Below are positions 41,993-51,672 of a stretch of 64,000 nt of DNA, piece after piece; the first letter of the stretch is position 1; each line of letters opens with the position of its first letter. Location of the stretch: NCBI GenBank assembly GCA_031400775.1, contig JANNQN010000289.1:108-64107 (forward strand). Reading direction: 5' to 3'. The translations under genes and the position numbers were made by a program. Origin of the DNA: Planctomycetia bacterium. Its GTDB lineage: Bacteria; Planctomycetota; Planctomycetia; Pirellulales; PALSA-1355. The notes under the pieces are model-generated. The model did no database searches. It was not told the origin of the DNA and worked only from the letters and a program-made list of their open reading frames with translations.

Positions 41993-44884
41993 ATGGTACG
42001 TGGCTTCCTGAATTGTCGGCATGCGGTCTGCGTGGCAGCCGCGATCTGGCTGGCGGCGGCCGGCCGCGCCGATGCCGCCCCGCGCATCACGAACCTTTCG
42101 CTCCGCGGTCTGCAAGCCGGGGGCATCACCACGCTGGTTATCGAGGGGAGCGAACTGGCGCCGGAGCCGCGAATCTATCTTTCCGCGCCCGTGGCTCGGC
42201 AAACGATCAAAGAAGGCGCCACGCCCCAGCGCCTCGAGGTCGAGTTTCTGCTCGACGGTCAAACGCCGGCGGGCATCTACTTGTTGCGGGTCGCCTCGGC
42301 CGCGGGAATTTCCGACGCGGTCGCGCTGGGCATCGACAACCTGCCGCAGATCCCGTTCGCGCCGCAAGTTCCGCCGTCGACCGTGGCCATGAGCGGCGCG
42401 CTCAGTGGCAGCACAGTGCTGTCGACCACGCTGCCGGGCAAGAAAGATCAACGACTCACCGTCGAAGTAGAAAGCCGTCGGCTGGGCGCCAGTCTCGACC
42501 CGGTGATTCATGTGTACGACGCCCGCGGCGCGCAAGTGGCTTGGAGCCAGGCGTTGCCGGCCATCGCCGGTGACGTGCGCACCGCCCTCACGCTGCCGGC
42601 CGACGGCGAATATCGAATCGAGCTGCACGACGCGCTTTATCGCGGTGGCGAGCCGGGCTTCTTCCGATTGAAGATCGGCGCGTTTCACTATGCGGACCTG
42701 GTCTATCCGTTGGCCGTCGAGCGCGGGGCCAACGCCACGTTCGAATTCGCCGCGACCGATTTGCCGGCCGACGCGCGGGCCGCGGCCACGTGGTCTTCGA
42801 TCGACGGACTGCCACGCCGCATGCAACCGGCCCCCTGGCCAGCCGCTGTGCCGCTGATCTCCGGATCGCGAGCCCAGGTGCTGGTGACCGATCATGCCGA
42901 AATTGTCGAAGCGCCCGCAGGCGAAAAGCCGCAAGAGATTCCGGCCGCGCCGGTGGCCATCAACGGCCGCATTGCCAAGCCGGGCGAGCGCGACCGCTAT
43001 CGTCTGGCGGTCACGCCGGGGGCAACGCTGCGGTTCGACGTGCTGGCCCGCCGTGCCGGCGCGGCGCTCGACGGCGTGTTGTCGATTCAGAACGAGCAGG
43101 GAGCGGAGCTGGCCTCGAACGACGATCGCCCCGACACGAGCGATCCGGGTCTGGATTTCAAGGTGCCGGACGGCACCACCGCGATCTTTGTCGCCATCAG
43201 CGATTTGCAAAGCCGTGGCGGCGCGGATTTCGTGTATCGGATTTCTGTAGCGCCGGTCGGCCAGCCCAACTTTTCGCTGTCGCTCTCGGCGCCGCGTTTC
43301 CAGGTGCCCAAGGACGGCGCCGCGCTGGCCCGGGTGCGGGTGGAACGGGCAGGCTACAACGGTCCGATTCAGCTCGAGTTTGCCAACCTGCCGGCCAGCG
43401 TCTCGATCACTGGAAATGAAATTCCCGCCGGCGCGGTCGAGGCCCTGGTCACGCTGAGCGCCCCGGGCTTGAGCCCGGCGCAGTCGCTGACCACGGTGCT
43501 GGGCACGAGCACCGAGCCGAACACGGCCATCAAACGGGCGGCCCTGATCCCCGCAGACGTGGTGAACAAGCATCAGCCGTGGCTCCGCGACGAGGTGGCG
43601 CTAGCCGTCACAGCGCCGGGCCCATTGGACCTGGCGTGGGATTTGTTTGCCTCGGACGTGAAGTTTGCCGTCGGCACGGCGCTGCCGATCAAGCTGCGAG
43701 TCAAGCGGGCCGCGAATGTCGTTGGCGCCGTGCGACTCTCACTTTTGACCACGCAGATTACGCCGCGCAAGAAGATCAAAGAAAACAACATCGAGCGCGA
43801 AGTCGACGACGTCGAGCGGACGATCCGTTTCGAGGCCGCGCCGACCATCGCGGCCGATCAGGGCGAAGGCGCCGCCAAGATCCTTGTTCCCGGCGACTTG
43901 TCGCGGATCGCTTACGATTTGGCAATTCAGGCCGAGTTGCTCGCCGCCGACAATAAAAGCGTCGTGGCCACGGCCGTCACGCCCGCGCGACGCATGGCGG
44001 CCACTCTGCCCATGACGCTCGAGCTGGCCAGCCAAACGCCAATCAACGCCCGCGCGGGCGTTGGGCCGACGGGCAAGCTGACGGGCAAGGTCAATCGAAC
44101 CGCCGGATTCGCGCTGCCGGTCAATCTGACGCTGAGTGGTCTGCCCAAGGGCCTGGCCTCGCCTTCGCTGACGCTGGCCGGCGAACAATCGGATTTCGAA
44201 TTGGCCGTAGCGTTTCCCTATGGCACGCCCGAGGGTGATCTGGCCAACGTGAAGCTGTCGGCTGTCAGCCTGACCGACGTCAAGAACCCCAAGTCCGAGA
44301 TTCGCGCCGACGAAATACCCGTGGCGTTGCGGGTCGTGGCGGGCGAAAAGCCTCCGATGGAAAAGCCGCTGGCGGTATTCGAAGATCAACCGGAGTTCGT
44401 CGCGAATCTGACGGAAGGTGGCGGACAGGCCACGCTATTAAGCGATGAGAAATACTCCGGTGCAGTAAGCGTCAAGGTCACTCCCGACCAACGATTCAAT
44501 TCGGCGCTGCCGGGGCTGAACGTGAAAATTCGCGAGAAGCCGTCGCCGGGCGAGTATCGATACCTGCGATTCGCCTGGAAGAAGCAGGGTGGACAAGCCA
44601 TCTGCCTGCAGTTGAATCACGACGGGCAATGGGGACCGGCGGCCGACAAGCCCGGCAAGTTTCGCTATCACGCCGGACCGGCCGGAGAGATTTACGGCGC
44701 TTCGGTGGGCGTGGATGCCAACTTGCCAGCGGGCTTTGTCGTCGTGACGCGCGATCTTTTCGCCGACTTCGGCGAGTTCACGCTCTCGGGACTGGCCCTG
44801 TCGCCGGTCGACGGCGAGTATGCCCTGTTCGATCACATCTACCTGGGCACGATGCCGGACGATTTTGAGCTGGTAAAACCGTAG
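41993..44884 (+). CDS. large secreted protein with pre-peptidase C-terminal (PPC)-type domains, hypothetical
   Basis: 963-aa ORF. Signal peptide. PPC-like blocks (GRIAKPGERDRYRLAVTPGATLRFDVLARRAGAALDGVLSIQNEQGAELASNDD; DQRLTVEVESRRLGASLDPVIHVYDARG). Confidence 0.8.
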   Translation: MVRGFLNCRHAVCVAAAIWLAAAGRADAAPRITNLSLRGLQAGGITTLVIEGSELAPEPRIYLSAPVARQTIKEGATPQRLEVEFLLDGQTPAGIYLLRVASAAGISDAVALGIDNLPQIPFAPQVPPSTVAMSGALSGSTVLSTTLPGKKDQRLTVEVESRRLGASLDPVIHVYDARGAQVAWSQALPAIAGDVRTALTLPADGEYRIELHDALYRGGEPGFFRLKIGAFHYADLVYPLAVERGANATFEFAATDLPADARAAATWSSIDGLPRRMQPAPWPAAVPLISGSRAQVLVTDHAEIVEAPAGEKPQEIPAAPVAINGRIAKPGERDRYRLAVTPGATLRFDVLARRAGAALDGVLSIQNEQGAELASNDDRPDTSDPGLDFKVPDGTTAIFVAISDLQSRGGADFVYRISVAPVGQPNFSLSLSAPRFQVPKDGAALARVRVERAGYNGPIQLEFANLPASVSITGNEIPAGAVEALVTLSAPGLSPAQSLTTVLGTSTEPNTAIKRAALIPADVVNKHQPWLRDEVALAVTAPGPLDLAWDLFASDVKFAVGTALPIKLRVKRAANVVGAVRLSLLTTQITPRKKIKENNIEREVDDVERTIRFEAAPTIAADQGEGAAKILVPGDLSRIAYDLAIQAELLAADNKSVVATAVTPARRMAATLPMTLELASQTPINARAGVGPTGKLTGKVNRTAGFALPVNLTLSGLPKGLASPSLTLAGEQSDFELAVAFPYGTPEGDLANVKLSAVSLTDVKNPKSEIRADEIPVALRVVAGEKPPMEKPLAVFEDQPEFVANLTEGGGQATLLSDEKYSGAVSVKVTPDQRFNSALPGLNVKIREKPSPGEYRYLRFAWKKQGGQAICLQLNHDGQWGPAADKPGKFRYHAGPAGEIYGASVGVDANLPAGFVVVTRDLFADFGEFTLSGLALSPVDGEYALFDHIYLGTMPDDFELVKP

Positions 44885-44907
44885 CGAGGCTTCGACCGAA
44901 GACCTCG
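44885..44907. terminator. hairpin between convergent gene ends (44884 + / 44918 -)
   Basis: CGAGGCTTCG-ACC-GAAGaCCTCG forms about a 9-bp stem with one bulge. No U-tract. Confidence 0.35.
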
Positions 44908-44917
44908 TTGCCGGCTG

Positions 44918-45637
44918 CTACGACGCTTCGCCCTCGGCCACAAACCGATAGCCGGCTCCGCGCACGCTGAGGAAATGGATCGGACGCGAAGGGTCGACTT
45001 CGAAGTTCTTGCGCAGGTTGACGATGAAATTGTCGACCGTGCGCGTGGTGGGCATGTGCGACAGCCCCCACACGTGCTCGAGCAATTCGGCCCGGGTGAC
45101 GACCGAGCCCTCGTTCTCGGCGAAGTAGCGCAGCAGCTTCATCTCGGTGCTCGTCAGCCGCAGCGGCTCGCCGGCCACAGTCACGGCAAACGTGTCGAAG
45201 TTGACCGTCGCGCGGCCGAATTGATACACGGACCCGACGTGCTTGCCGCCGGCCGTCGGCCGCTCCTTGGCGCGCCGAGCCAGTAGATTGCGGGTCATGC
45301 TCAACAGCTCTTCCAGCTCGAACGGCTTTTGCAGGTACTGATCGGCGCCGACGTCGTAGCCGCGTATCCGATCCTCGACCAGCGAGCGGGCGCTGAGCAT
45401 CAGCACGGGCACGGGATTGCCCTTTTCGCGCAGGGCCTCGCACACGGCGTAGCCGCTCATGCCGGGGAGCATCAGGTCGAGGATCACCAGGTCGACGCCG
45501 CGCGGGTCCTCGGCAAACAAGTTCAGGGCGGTCGGGCCGTCCTCGACCGTCGTCACGTCGTAGCCTTCCGCCTCAAGGTTGTACTTGATGAGGAAGGCCA
45601 AATGTTGTTCGTCTTCAACGACCAGGATGTGCTTCAT
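44918..45637 (-). CDS. OmpR-family response regulator (receiver + winged helix)
   Basis: ILVVEDE...DLVILDLMLPGMSG...LMLSAR...KPFELEELL. wHTH: RAELLEHVWG...TRTVDNFIVNLRKNF. Confidence 0.9.
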   Translation of the reverse strand: MKHILVVEDEQHLAFLIKYNLEAEGYDVTTVEDGPTALNLFAEDPRGVDLVILDLMLPGMSGYAVCEALREKGNPVPVLMLSARSLVEDRIRGYDVGADQYLQKPFELEELLSMTRNLLARRAKERPTAGGKHVGSVYQFGRATVNFDTFAVTVAGEPLRLTSTEMKLLRYFAENEGSVVTRAELLEHVWGLSHMPTTRTVDNFIVNLRKNFEVDPSRPIHFLSVRGAGYRFVAEGEAS

Positions 45638-45646
45638 ACGAGCTAC

Positions 45647-46696
45647 TTAAGCGCGCTTCAGGTGTTCGTCGGGTTGCAGGACCGCAGTCCGCAGGTCGAC
45701 TGCCGCGGCGGCCGGAGAGGCGGTGCCGGGTGCCGGTCGGGCCGGCAATTGCACCTCGAAAATCGTGCCAGGCTGGTTGCCCCGGTCGCGGACCGTAATG
45801 TTGCCGTGCAGCCGCTTCACGACCGTGCGCACGATGAACAACCCCAGGCCGGTGCCGGCCTGCGAGCGTTCCAACTCGCTGCCCAGTCGCACGAAGCGGC
45901 CGAAAATCTTGCGACGCAGCTTGGCCGGTATGCCGCGCCCGTTGTCGATGATGCGCGTGGCCACGGTTCCGTCGCTGATGAATTGCGATTCGACGTCGAC
46001 CTTGGGTTCGGCTCCGCCATACTTGATCGCGTTGTCGATCAGGTTTCGAAATACCATTTCGATGTCGATCGGCCGGGCCCGCAAAATGGCCGGCGTCGTC
46101 GTCAACCGCACCGTTTCCACCGGCAGGTGATAGCGGAGACAGGCCGTCTCGGCGCAATTGCGCAGCACGCTCGACAGCTCGACGTCGGCAAAGTCGGTCT
46201 CGACCGGCTGCTCGTCGAGACGCGCGGCGTCGAGCATGTGATTGATCAGCGAATCCAATCGCTCCACGTCGTCGAGCATGAAGCGGTAGAAGTTGGCTTG
46301 CTGCTCTTCGGTCACGCTGCGGCGGGAGAGGGTTTGCAGGCACAGCTTGAGCGAGGCGATCGGAGATTTTAGCTCGTGGCTGACGCTGTCCATGAAGTTG
46401 GACTGTCGCTGGTTGAGTCGGATGCCACCAATCGAGATCAACAGGTACAAAACCACCCCCACCAGCACCAGCACCAGGAAGCTGGTGCCGACCACCAGCA
46501 TCACCCAGAACAGGGCCGATTGCTCGACCTCGCGGAGGATCAAAATGACCCAGCCGATAATCAGCGCCACGACCAAGGCGATCATGACGACCGCCAGCGT
46601 GATCGGCCAGCCATAGGAAGGACGCATCGAAGCTAACCCAATCTCGAGGGTGAACGCGGTTGTCGCGAGTCCGACAAAAAGCCGGCTCGCGGGCAT
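45647..46696 (-). CDS. sensor histidine kinase lacking an obvious extracytoplasmic sensor domain (intramembrane-sensing type)
   Basis: N-terminal ~100 aa are nearly all TM helices. H-box MDSVSHELKSPIASL. N-box DNAIKYGG. G-box GTGLGLFIV. Ends 10 nt upstream of the RR gene start. Confidence 0.85.
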   Translation of the reverse strand: MPASRLFVGLATTAFTLEIGLASMRPSYGWPITLAVVMIALVVALIIGWVILILREVEQSALFWVMLVVGTSFLVLVLVGVVLYLLISIGGIRLNQRQSNFMDSVSHELKSPIASLKLCLQTLSRRSVTEEQQANFYRFMLDDVERLDSLINHMLDAARLDEQPVETDFADVELSSVLRNCAETACLRYHLPVETVRLTTTPAILRARPIDIEMVFRNLIDNAIKYGGAEPKVDVESQFISDGTVATRIIDNGRGIPAKLRRKIFGRFVRLGSELERSQAGTGLGLFIVRTVVKRLHGNITVRDRGNQPGTIFEVQLPARPAPGTASPAAAAVDLRTAVLQPDEHLKRA

Positions 46697-46809
46697 GGTA
46701 TCTTTGAGCCTATCGGCCCCGCGCGGAGCGTCAAGTGTGGGTGGGTGAGCGGACGGTTGTCACTATAGTAGTCGCCGGGGCGGTGGGGATGCGATTTTTC
46801 CGAGGTCCT

Positions 46810-46825
46810 TGGCACGCCGAGTGCA
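46810..46825 (+). promoter_or_regulatory. sigma54-like -24/-12 element TGGCACG-ccga-GTGCA
   Basis: Matches the remembered consensus TGGCACG-N4-TTGCW at all defined positions but one. It lies ~480 nt upstream of ATG 47303, and no bEBP gene is nearby. Confidence 0.3.
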
Positions 46826-47302
46826 TGAAGGGCCCCGCCGCTCGTGCGATTCAGGCCGCTGGGGCCGTGGGAGCTAGCGGAGCGAACCTACGGAAAATAC
46901 CGGACTTCAGGCCGCACGATCGGCCGGCCCCCGCAGGGCGGAACCAAGAATTGAGATTGTAAAAACTGGAAAAAAGCAGCAAGATGTTGCACTCTCGAAA
47001 ACCAAATCGGGAGCGAACGAGAAGAATCGAGTTCTAGCGTCGCGGCTCGCGATTTCGAATACGTTCGGCAAGGATGCCGAAGCGGAACGCGACTCAGCCG
47101 CCGACAAGTTCTTAAGTGTACGCTGATCGACAGGGAGGTCGTTCGAGCGGTCCTACCGCACGGCACGGCGACGCGGGGTCCGAATGGATCGGCTCCTGCG
47201 CGCCGACGCATCGCCGCGCCGGTGCGCTCCGTTTGAGTTTTCGGAAGCGGATCGCGGCCAACAGGATGGTTGGCGGGGCAGTTTTTTCCATGGAGGGAAT
47301 CG

Positions 47303-48724
47303 ATGGTCTCGGTGCAAATTCTGGCGCTGGCCGTGGCTCTTTCGAACGGCGGCGAGACGGTGCTGCTGGATTTCCATGCTCCCTGGTGCGCGCCCTGCCG
47401 ATCGATGGACAGCACCATCGACACGCTCGAGCGAGCCGGCTATCCGGTGCGCAAGGTCAACATCGACCGCGAGCGCAACCTGGCCGTTCAATATCGAGTG
47501 GACAGCATTCCCTGCTTCGTGTTGCTGGTCAACGGTGAGGAGGCCGGGCGGCTCAACGGCGCCGTGCGCCGCGATGAGCTAGCCGACTTGTTCGCAAAAG
47601 CCGGCGTCGGACCGCACGCCGGGCAACGTCAGATCGCCCGCGGCCAATCGCCCGATACCCCGGCCGAAACCGTCGCACTGGCCGGCCAGCGCGACAATAA
47701 TCCGTTCACTCCGGCTCGCGCCGCACAGGGCGGACTCGATCATGCTCCCGTCCGTTCCGCAGTCGGCGTGCCCCGCACGGGCCAAGATTTGATCCAACGC
47801 AGCGCACGGCTCACGATCGCCGATCCCAAGGGGTCTTCCTACGGCTCCGGCACGCTGATCGACTCGCGCGGCGGCGAGGCGTTGGTCCTGACCTGCGGAC
47901 ATATTTTTCGCGACTCGCAGGGCCAGGGACAAATCTCGGTCGACCTGTTCGGATCGCAGGCCGCCCAGAAATTGCCAGGCCGGCTGGTGGCCTATGACCT
48001 GAAGAACGATATCGGTCTGGTCAGCATTCGCACGCCCGGACCGGTCGAAGTGGCCACGGTGGCGCCCAAGGGATACCGAATCGCCAAGGGAGATCGCGTG
48101 ACGACGGTTGGCTGTAACAACGGCGGCCCGGCCACGGCGCTCGACACGCGAATCACGGCGCTCGACAAGTTTTTGGGTCCGCCCAACGTGCAAGTCGCCG
48201 GACTGCCGGTGCAGGGGCGCAGCGGCGGCGGATTGTTCTCGGCCGAAGGTCACGTGATCGGAGTTTGCAACGCCGCCGACCCGACCGACAACGAAGGTCT
48301 GTACGCCGCCCTGGCCGCCATCCACAGCCAACTCGATCAATCGGGCTTGTCGAGCGTTTATCAAAATCCCAAATCGCCCGCGCGTCCCGCCGCTGCTCTG
48401 GCCGGAACGGGCCGCATGCCGGGACCGGCCGCCGAACCGCGATTCGCAAGTACTCAGTCGGGTGGAAATAACACGGCCGGGCAGTTCCCCGCGCGGTCGG
48501 CCGGATTGGCCGGCTTGAGCGCATCGGAACAAGCGGCCCTGGCCGAAGTGCAGAAGCGGGGGGACGGCGCCGAAGTGATTTGCATCGTCCGCTCGCTCTC
48601 CAACCCGCAGGCCAAAAGCGAAGTCATCATGCTCGATCGGGCTTCGTCGGCGTTTCTGCAGCAATTGTCGTCCGACCGACAGGCCCAGGATGCGCGGCAT
48701 TTGACGTCGATGAAGAAGAAGTAG
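47303..48724 (+). CDS. thioredoxin domain fused to a trypsin-like serine protease domain
   Basis: Track ORF is trimmed to ATG 47303 (GGAGGG 4 nt upstream). Thioredoxin: LLDFHAPWCAPCRSM...IPCFVLLVNGEE. Protease triad candidates: LTCGHIF (His), KNDIGLV (Asp), QGRSGGGLF (Ser). Confidence 0.8.
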   Translation: MVSVQILALAVALSNGGETVLLDFHAPWCAPCRSMDSTIDTLERAGYPVRKVNIDRERNLAVQYRVDSIPCFVLLVNGEEAGRLNGAVRRDELADLFAKAGVGPHAGQRQIARGQSPDTPAETVALAGQRDNNPFTPARAAQGGLDHAPVRSAVGVPRTGQDLIQRSARLTIADPKGSSYGSGTLIDSRGGEALVLTCGHIFRDSQGQGQISVDLFGSQAAQKLPGRLVAYDLKNDIGLVSIRTPGPVEVATVAPKGYRIAKGDRVTTVGCNNGGPATALDTRITALDKFLGPPNVQVAGLPVQGRSGGGLFSAEGHVIGVCNAADPTDNEGLYAALAAIHSQLDQSGLSSVYQNPKSPARPAAALAGTGRMPGPAAEPRFASTQSGGNNTAGQFPARSAGLAGLSASEQAALAEVQKRGDGAEVICIVRSLSNPQAKSEVIMLDRASSAFLQQLSSDRQAQDARHLTSMKKK

Positions 48725-48762
48725 GGGTTAGTGGCTGGTGGTCAGTGGTAAGTCGCTAGCGG
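48725..48762. repeat. degenerate heptamer tandem repeat (NNRGTGG)x5 starting immediately after a stop codon
   Basis: GGG-TTAGTGG-CTGGTGG-TCAGTGG-TAAGTCG-CTAGCGG begins 1 nt after the TAG at 48722..48724. Confidence 0.75.
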
Positions 48763-48862
48763 AAGAGCAAAGCCGTGGTGAGATATGCCCCTAGTGGCGC
48801 GTGGCCGGCGTGGCAATAATTGAGCTTGTCACGAGCCACTCTATCACCAGCCACGGCAAGCG

Positions 48863-49483
48863 ATGTTTCTGTACTGCGTGCGGCACGGCGAAACCCACCA
48901 CAATTTCGCCGGTCGGATCCAAGGTCAATCCGACAGTCAGCTCACTCCCTTGGGCCGCCGGCAGTGCCAGGCCGTGGCCGAGGCGCTCAGCCGCTTCGAG
49001 ATCGACGCCGTCGTTGCCAGTCCGCTCGCGCGAGCGCGAGAATCGGCGCAGACGATTGCCGAGCGGCTGGGCCTGGAAGTGCAGCTTGAGCCGCGCTTGA
49101 TGGAGATTCACGCGGGAATCTTTCAGGAGCGCCGCTGGGAAGACATCGAACAGGAGTTCCCCGCCGAGTGGGCTTTGTGGCGCAGCCAGGACCCCGACTA
49201 TAGAATTCCCGGCGGCGAGTCGCGGCGCGACATCATGCTCCGCACGGCCGAAGCCTTTGAGGCGATTCGCGAAGCCGGCTATCGCCGCGCCATCGTGGTG
49301 GCGCACGGAGGCTCGCTGTCGGCGGCGTTCAAGTCGCTGTTGGGCATTCCGCCCCAGCGCAACCCGTTCTCGCTAGCCAATGCTTCGATCAGCACCGTCG
49401 AATGGGCGAAAGATTTCAAGCTGCTATCGCTCAACGACATCGGCCACTTGCGCGACGACGCATCCTCCGGCGGCGATCTGTAA
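48863..49483 (+). CDS. histidine phosphatase (phosphoglycerate mutase-like) family protein
   Basis: LYCVRHGETHHN (RHG motif)...ASPLARARESA...VVAHGGSL. Confidence 0.85.
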   Translation: MFLYCVRHGETHHNFAGRIQGQSDSQLTPLGRRQCQAVAEALSRFEIDAVVASPLARARESAQTIAERLGLEVQLEPRLMEIHAGIFQERRWEDIEQEFPAEWALWRSQDPDYRIPGGESRRDIMLRTAEAFEAIREAGYRRAIVVAHGGSLSAAFKSLLGIPPQRNPFSLANASISTVEWAKDFKLLSLNDIGHLRDDASSGGDL

Positions 49484-49527
49484 CCCGCTTGTTTTCTACG
49501 ATTGGCTGCCCGCGTCCGCCTGCGTCC

Positions 49528-49562
49528 CTACTGACCACTAGCCACTAGCCACTGACCACTAC
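49528..49562. repeat. heptamer tandem repeat (CTRRCCA)x4.5, the inverted orientation of 48725..48762
   Basis: CTA-CTGACCA-CTAGCCA-CTAGCCA-CTGACCA-CTAC. It overlaps the TAG stop (49559..49561) of the minus-strand RidA gene. Confidence 0.8.
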
Positions 49563-50041
49563 TTTTTCCCCACCACCGACGGATCGAGCTCAAAAATGGC
49601 TTCGATCTCGGTCGTGATATTGCCAGGCAGCGAGCCCATGCCAACAGCGCTGCGGGCGGCGACGCCCCGGTCGTCGCCCCACAGGTCGCGAAACAGCTCG
49701 CTGCAGCCATTGATCACCAGCGGATGTTGCGTGAAGTCGCCGGTGCAATTCACCATCCCCAAGACTTTGACGACTCGCACGATGTGGTCGAGGCTGCCGA
49801 AATGGTCGCGCAGCGTGGCCAGAATCGCCAGGCCGGTCTGCCGTGCGGCGGCCACGCCGGCTTGCAAGTCGACGTCGGCGCCGACGCGGCCGGTGAGCAT
49901 CGTCTTATCGTCCTTGAGCGGACCGTGTCCCGAGACGTAAGCCATGTTGCCCGAGACGACCACCGGCTTATAAACCCCGGCGGGCTTGGGAATTGGGGGC
50001 AGCGTCAACTTCAATTCGGCCAGGCGTGCTTCGGCATTCAT
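49559..50041 (-). CDS. RidA/YjgF-family protein
   Basis: 160-aa ORF. YKPVVVSGNMAYVSGHGP...ARSAVGMGSLPGNITTEIEAIFEL. Confidence 0.9.
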   Translation of the reverse strand: MNAEARLAELKLTLPPIPKPAGVYKPVVVSGNMAYVSGHGPLKDDKTMLTGRVGADVDLQAGVAAARQTGLAILATLRDHFGSLDHIVRVVKVLGMVNCTGDFTQHPLVINGCSELFRDLWGDDRGVAARSAVGMGSLPGNITTEIEAIFELDPSVVGKK

Positions 50042-50086
50042 CGTACGAGTGACTCCTATTCAGATTGCGATTGATTTGGCTGCGGT

Positions 50087-50782
50087 TCACTGCGCGGGGG
50101 CCTTGGCCGGCTTGCCGCGCAGCGTCAGGTTGTCGAAATTGCCCAGGTCGTCGAAGGCGCCGATGCCGATCTGGCCCCAGGTGAACGTGTCGTCGACGGC
50201 TTCCATGACCGGCCGCTTCATGTTGTCAAAAAAGATCTCCGTGTCGCCGTTCGACACGTCACGATCGATCTTCACCTTGTGCCAGGCATCGTCCCAGGCC
50301 GTGCCGGCCGTGGTCTCGGTCGATATCTTGGTTCGCGCGTCGCCGTTGACGATGAAAACCTGATTGGCGTGGTTGTCGGTCTTCTTGCCGAAATGCACGT
50401 AATAAAAGTGCGCCGGATCTTGATAGCCGAAAACCAGCACCATGCTGCGATGGTCGTAGTCCTTGACCGTGCTTTGCAGGTCGATCTCAAGCACGAAATC
50501 GCCGACCACCACGTCCTTGAACAGCGCGATATTCACCGGGCTGCGATAGGGCGGCTTATACGCGCTCTGCTGGAACAGGCTGTAGACGTTTCCCCGCGGC
50601 GTGGAGAGGATCTTCCACGATTGGGCGTCCATCGGCTGCCAGCGGCCAACGCCGTTCTCGAAATCGTCGCGCACAACCAGCGGCGCATCGGCCGCCAGGG
50701 CCGTGCTGGACAATCCAGCGATCGACATTACCGCGAACACCAGTAGCGCATGAGCCGATCGAATTGCTGCGTGCCGATGCAT
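50087..50782 (-). CDS. secreted hypothetical protein, concanavalin/LamG-like jelly-roll (inferred)
   Basis: 231-aa ORF. Signal peptide ALLVFAVMSIAGLSSTALA. Beta-rich sequence with GDFVLEIDLQS...YYVHFGKK...WHKVKIDRD. Confidence 0.6.
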   Translation of the reverse strand: MHRHAAIRSAHALLVFAVMSIAGLSSTALAADAPLVVRDDFENGVGRWQPMDAQSWKILSTPRGNVYSLFQQSAYKPPYRSPVNIALFKDVVVGDFVLEIDLQSTVKDYDHRSMVLVFGYQDPAHFYYVHFGKKTDNHANQVFIVNGDARTKISTETTAGTAWDDAWHKVKIDRDVSNGDTEIFFDNMKRPVMEAVDDTFTWGQIGIGAFDDLGNFDNLTLRGKPAKAPAQ

Positions 50783-50792
50783 ATCAAGATTC

Positions 50793-51668
50793 CTATTCGA
50801 TGATCTTGGTCAAGGCGTACTCGACGATACCGCGAGCGCCGGCGGACTTCAAGCGGGGGATGATGTTACGCACGATCGACTCGTCGAGAATCGTGTTCAC
50901 GTCGACCCATTGCTCGTCGGACAGGCTGGAGACGGTCGGCTGTTGCAGGGCCGGCAACAGCGACAGCACCTGCTGCAACTTTTCGCGGGGCACGTTCATC
51001 ATCAGCCCGACTTTCCCCTCGGCCGCCATCGCCCCGCGCAGCATCAGCACGATGTCGTCGATCTTTTGTCGTTTCCAGGGATCGGCATAGCTGGCCCGAT
51101 TGGCGATGAATCGCGGGGTGCTGGTCAGCACTTCGTCGAGGATTCGCAACTGGTTGGCCCGCAGCGAGCTGCCCGTCTCGGTCACTTCGACGATGGCGTC
51201 GGCCAGCCTGGGCGGTTTGACTTCGGTCGCGCCCCAACTGAACTCGACCTTGGCCTTCACTCCGTGCCGCGCCAGATAGCGCTGCGTGAGGCCCACGGCC
51301 TCGGTGGCGATCCGCTTGCCTTCCAGGTCCTTGACACTCTGAAACGGCGAGTTCTCGGGCACGCACAGCACCCACCGCACGGGCCGGCGGCTGACCTTGG
51401 AAAATACCAACTCGGCCACTTCGTGGACGTCCGAGCCGTTCTCCATGATCCAGTCGTAGCCGGTCAGTCCGGCGTCGAGCACGCCGTCTTCGACATAGCG
51501 GGCCATCTCCTGCGCGCGGATCAGCATGCACTCGATCTGCTCGTCGTCGATCGTAGGGAAGTAGCTGCGCGAGTTGAAAGTGATCTTGTAGCCCGCCCGG
51601 CGAAACAACTCGCCGGTGGCTTCTTGCAGACTGCCCGCGGGTATTCCCAACTTCAACGAATTTGTCAT
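50793..51668 (-). CDS. hisG: ATP phosphoribosyltransferase, long form
   Basis: 291-aa [26 protein letters not shown]...[24 protein letters not shown]...TGSSLRAN. Has a C-terminal regulatory domain. Confidence 0.9.
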   Translation of the reverse strand: MTNSLKLGIPAGSLQEATGELFRRAGYKITFNSRSYFPTIDDEQIECMLIRAQEMARYVEDGVLDAGLTGYDWIMENGSDVHEVAELVFSKVSRRPVRWVLCVPENSPFQSVKDLEGKRIATEAVGLTQRYLARHGVKAKVEFSWGATEVKPPRLADAIVEVTETGSSLRANQLRILDEVLTSTPRFIANRASYADPWKRQKIDDIVLMLRGAMAAEGKVGLMMNVPREKLQQVLSLLPALQQPTVSSLSDEQWVDVNTILDESIVRNIIPRLKSAGARGIVEYALTKIIE

Positions 51669-51672
51669 GCGC

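Noticed and set aside
46696-47303. Search for a tRNA, tmRNA, RNase P, SRP or 6S RNA in the long intergenic gaps (also 8392..8685, 36740..37065, 53462..53884, 54108..54419, 63698..64000)
   Set aside because: I could not find T-loop (GGTTCGAATCC-like) or other signature boxes by eye. Absence is not proven without tRNAscan/Infernal.
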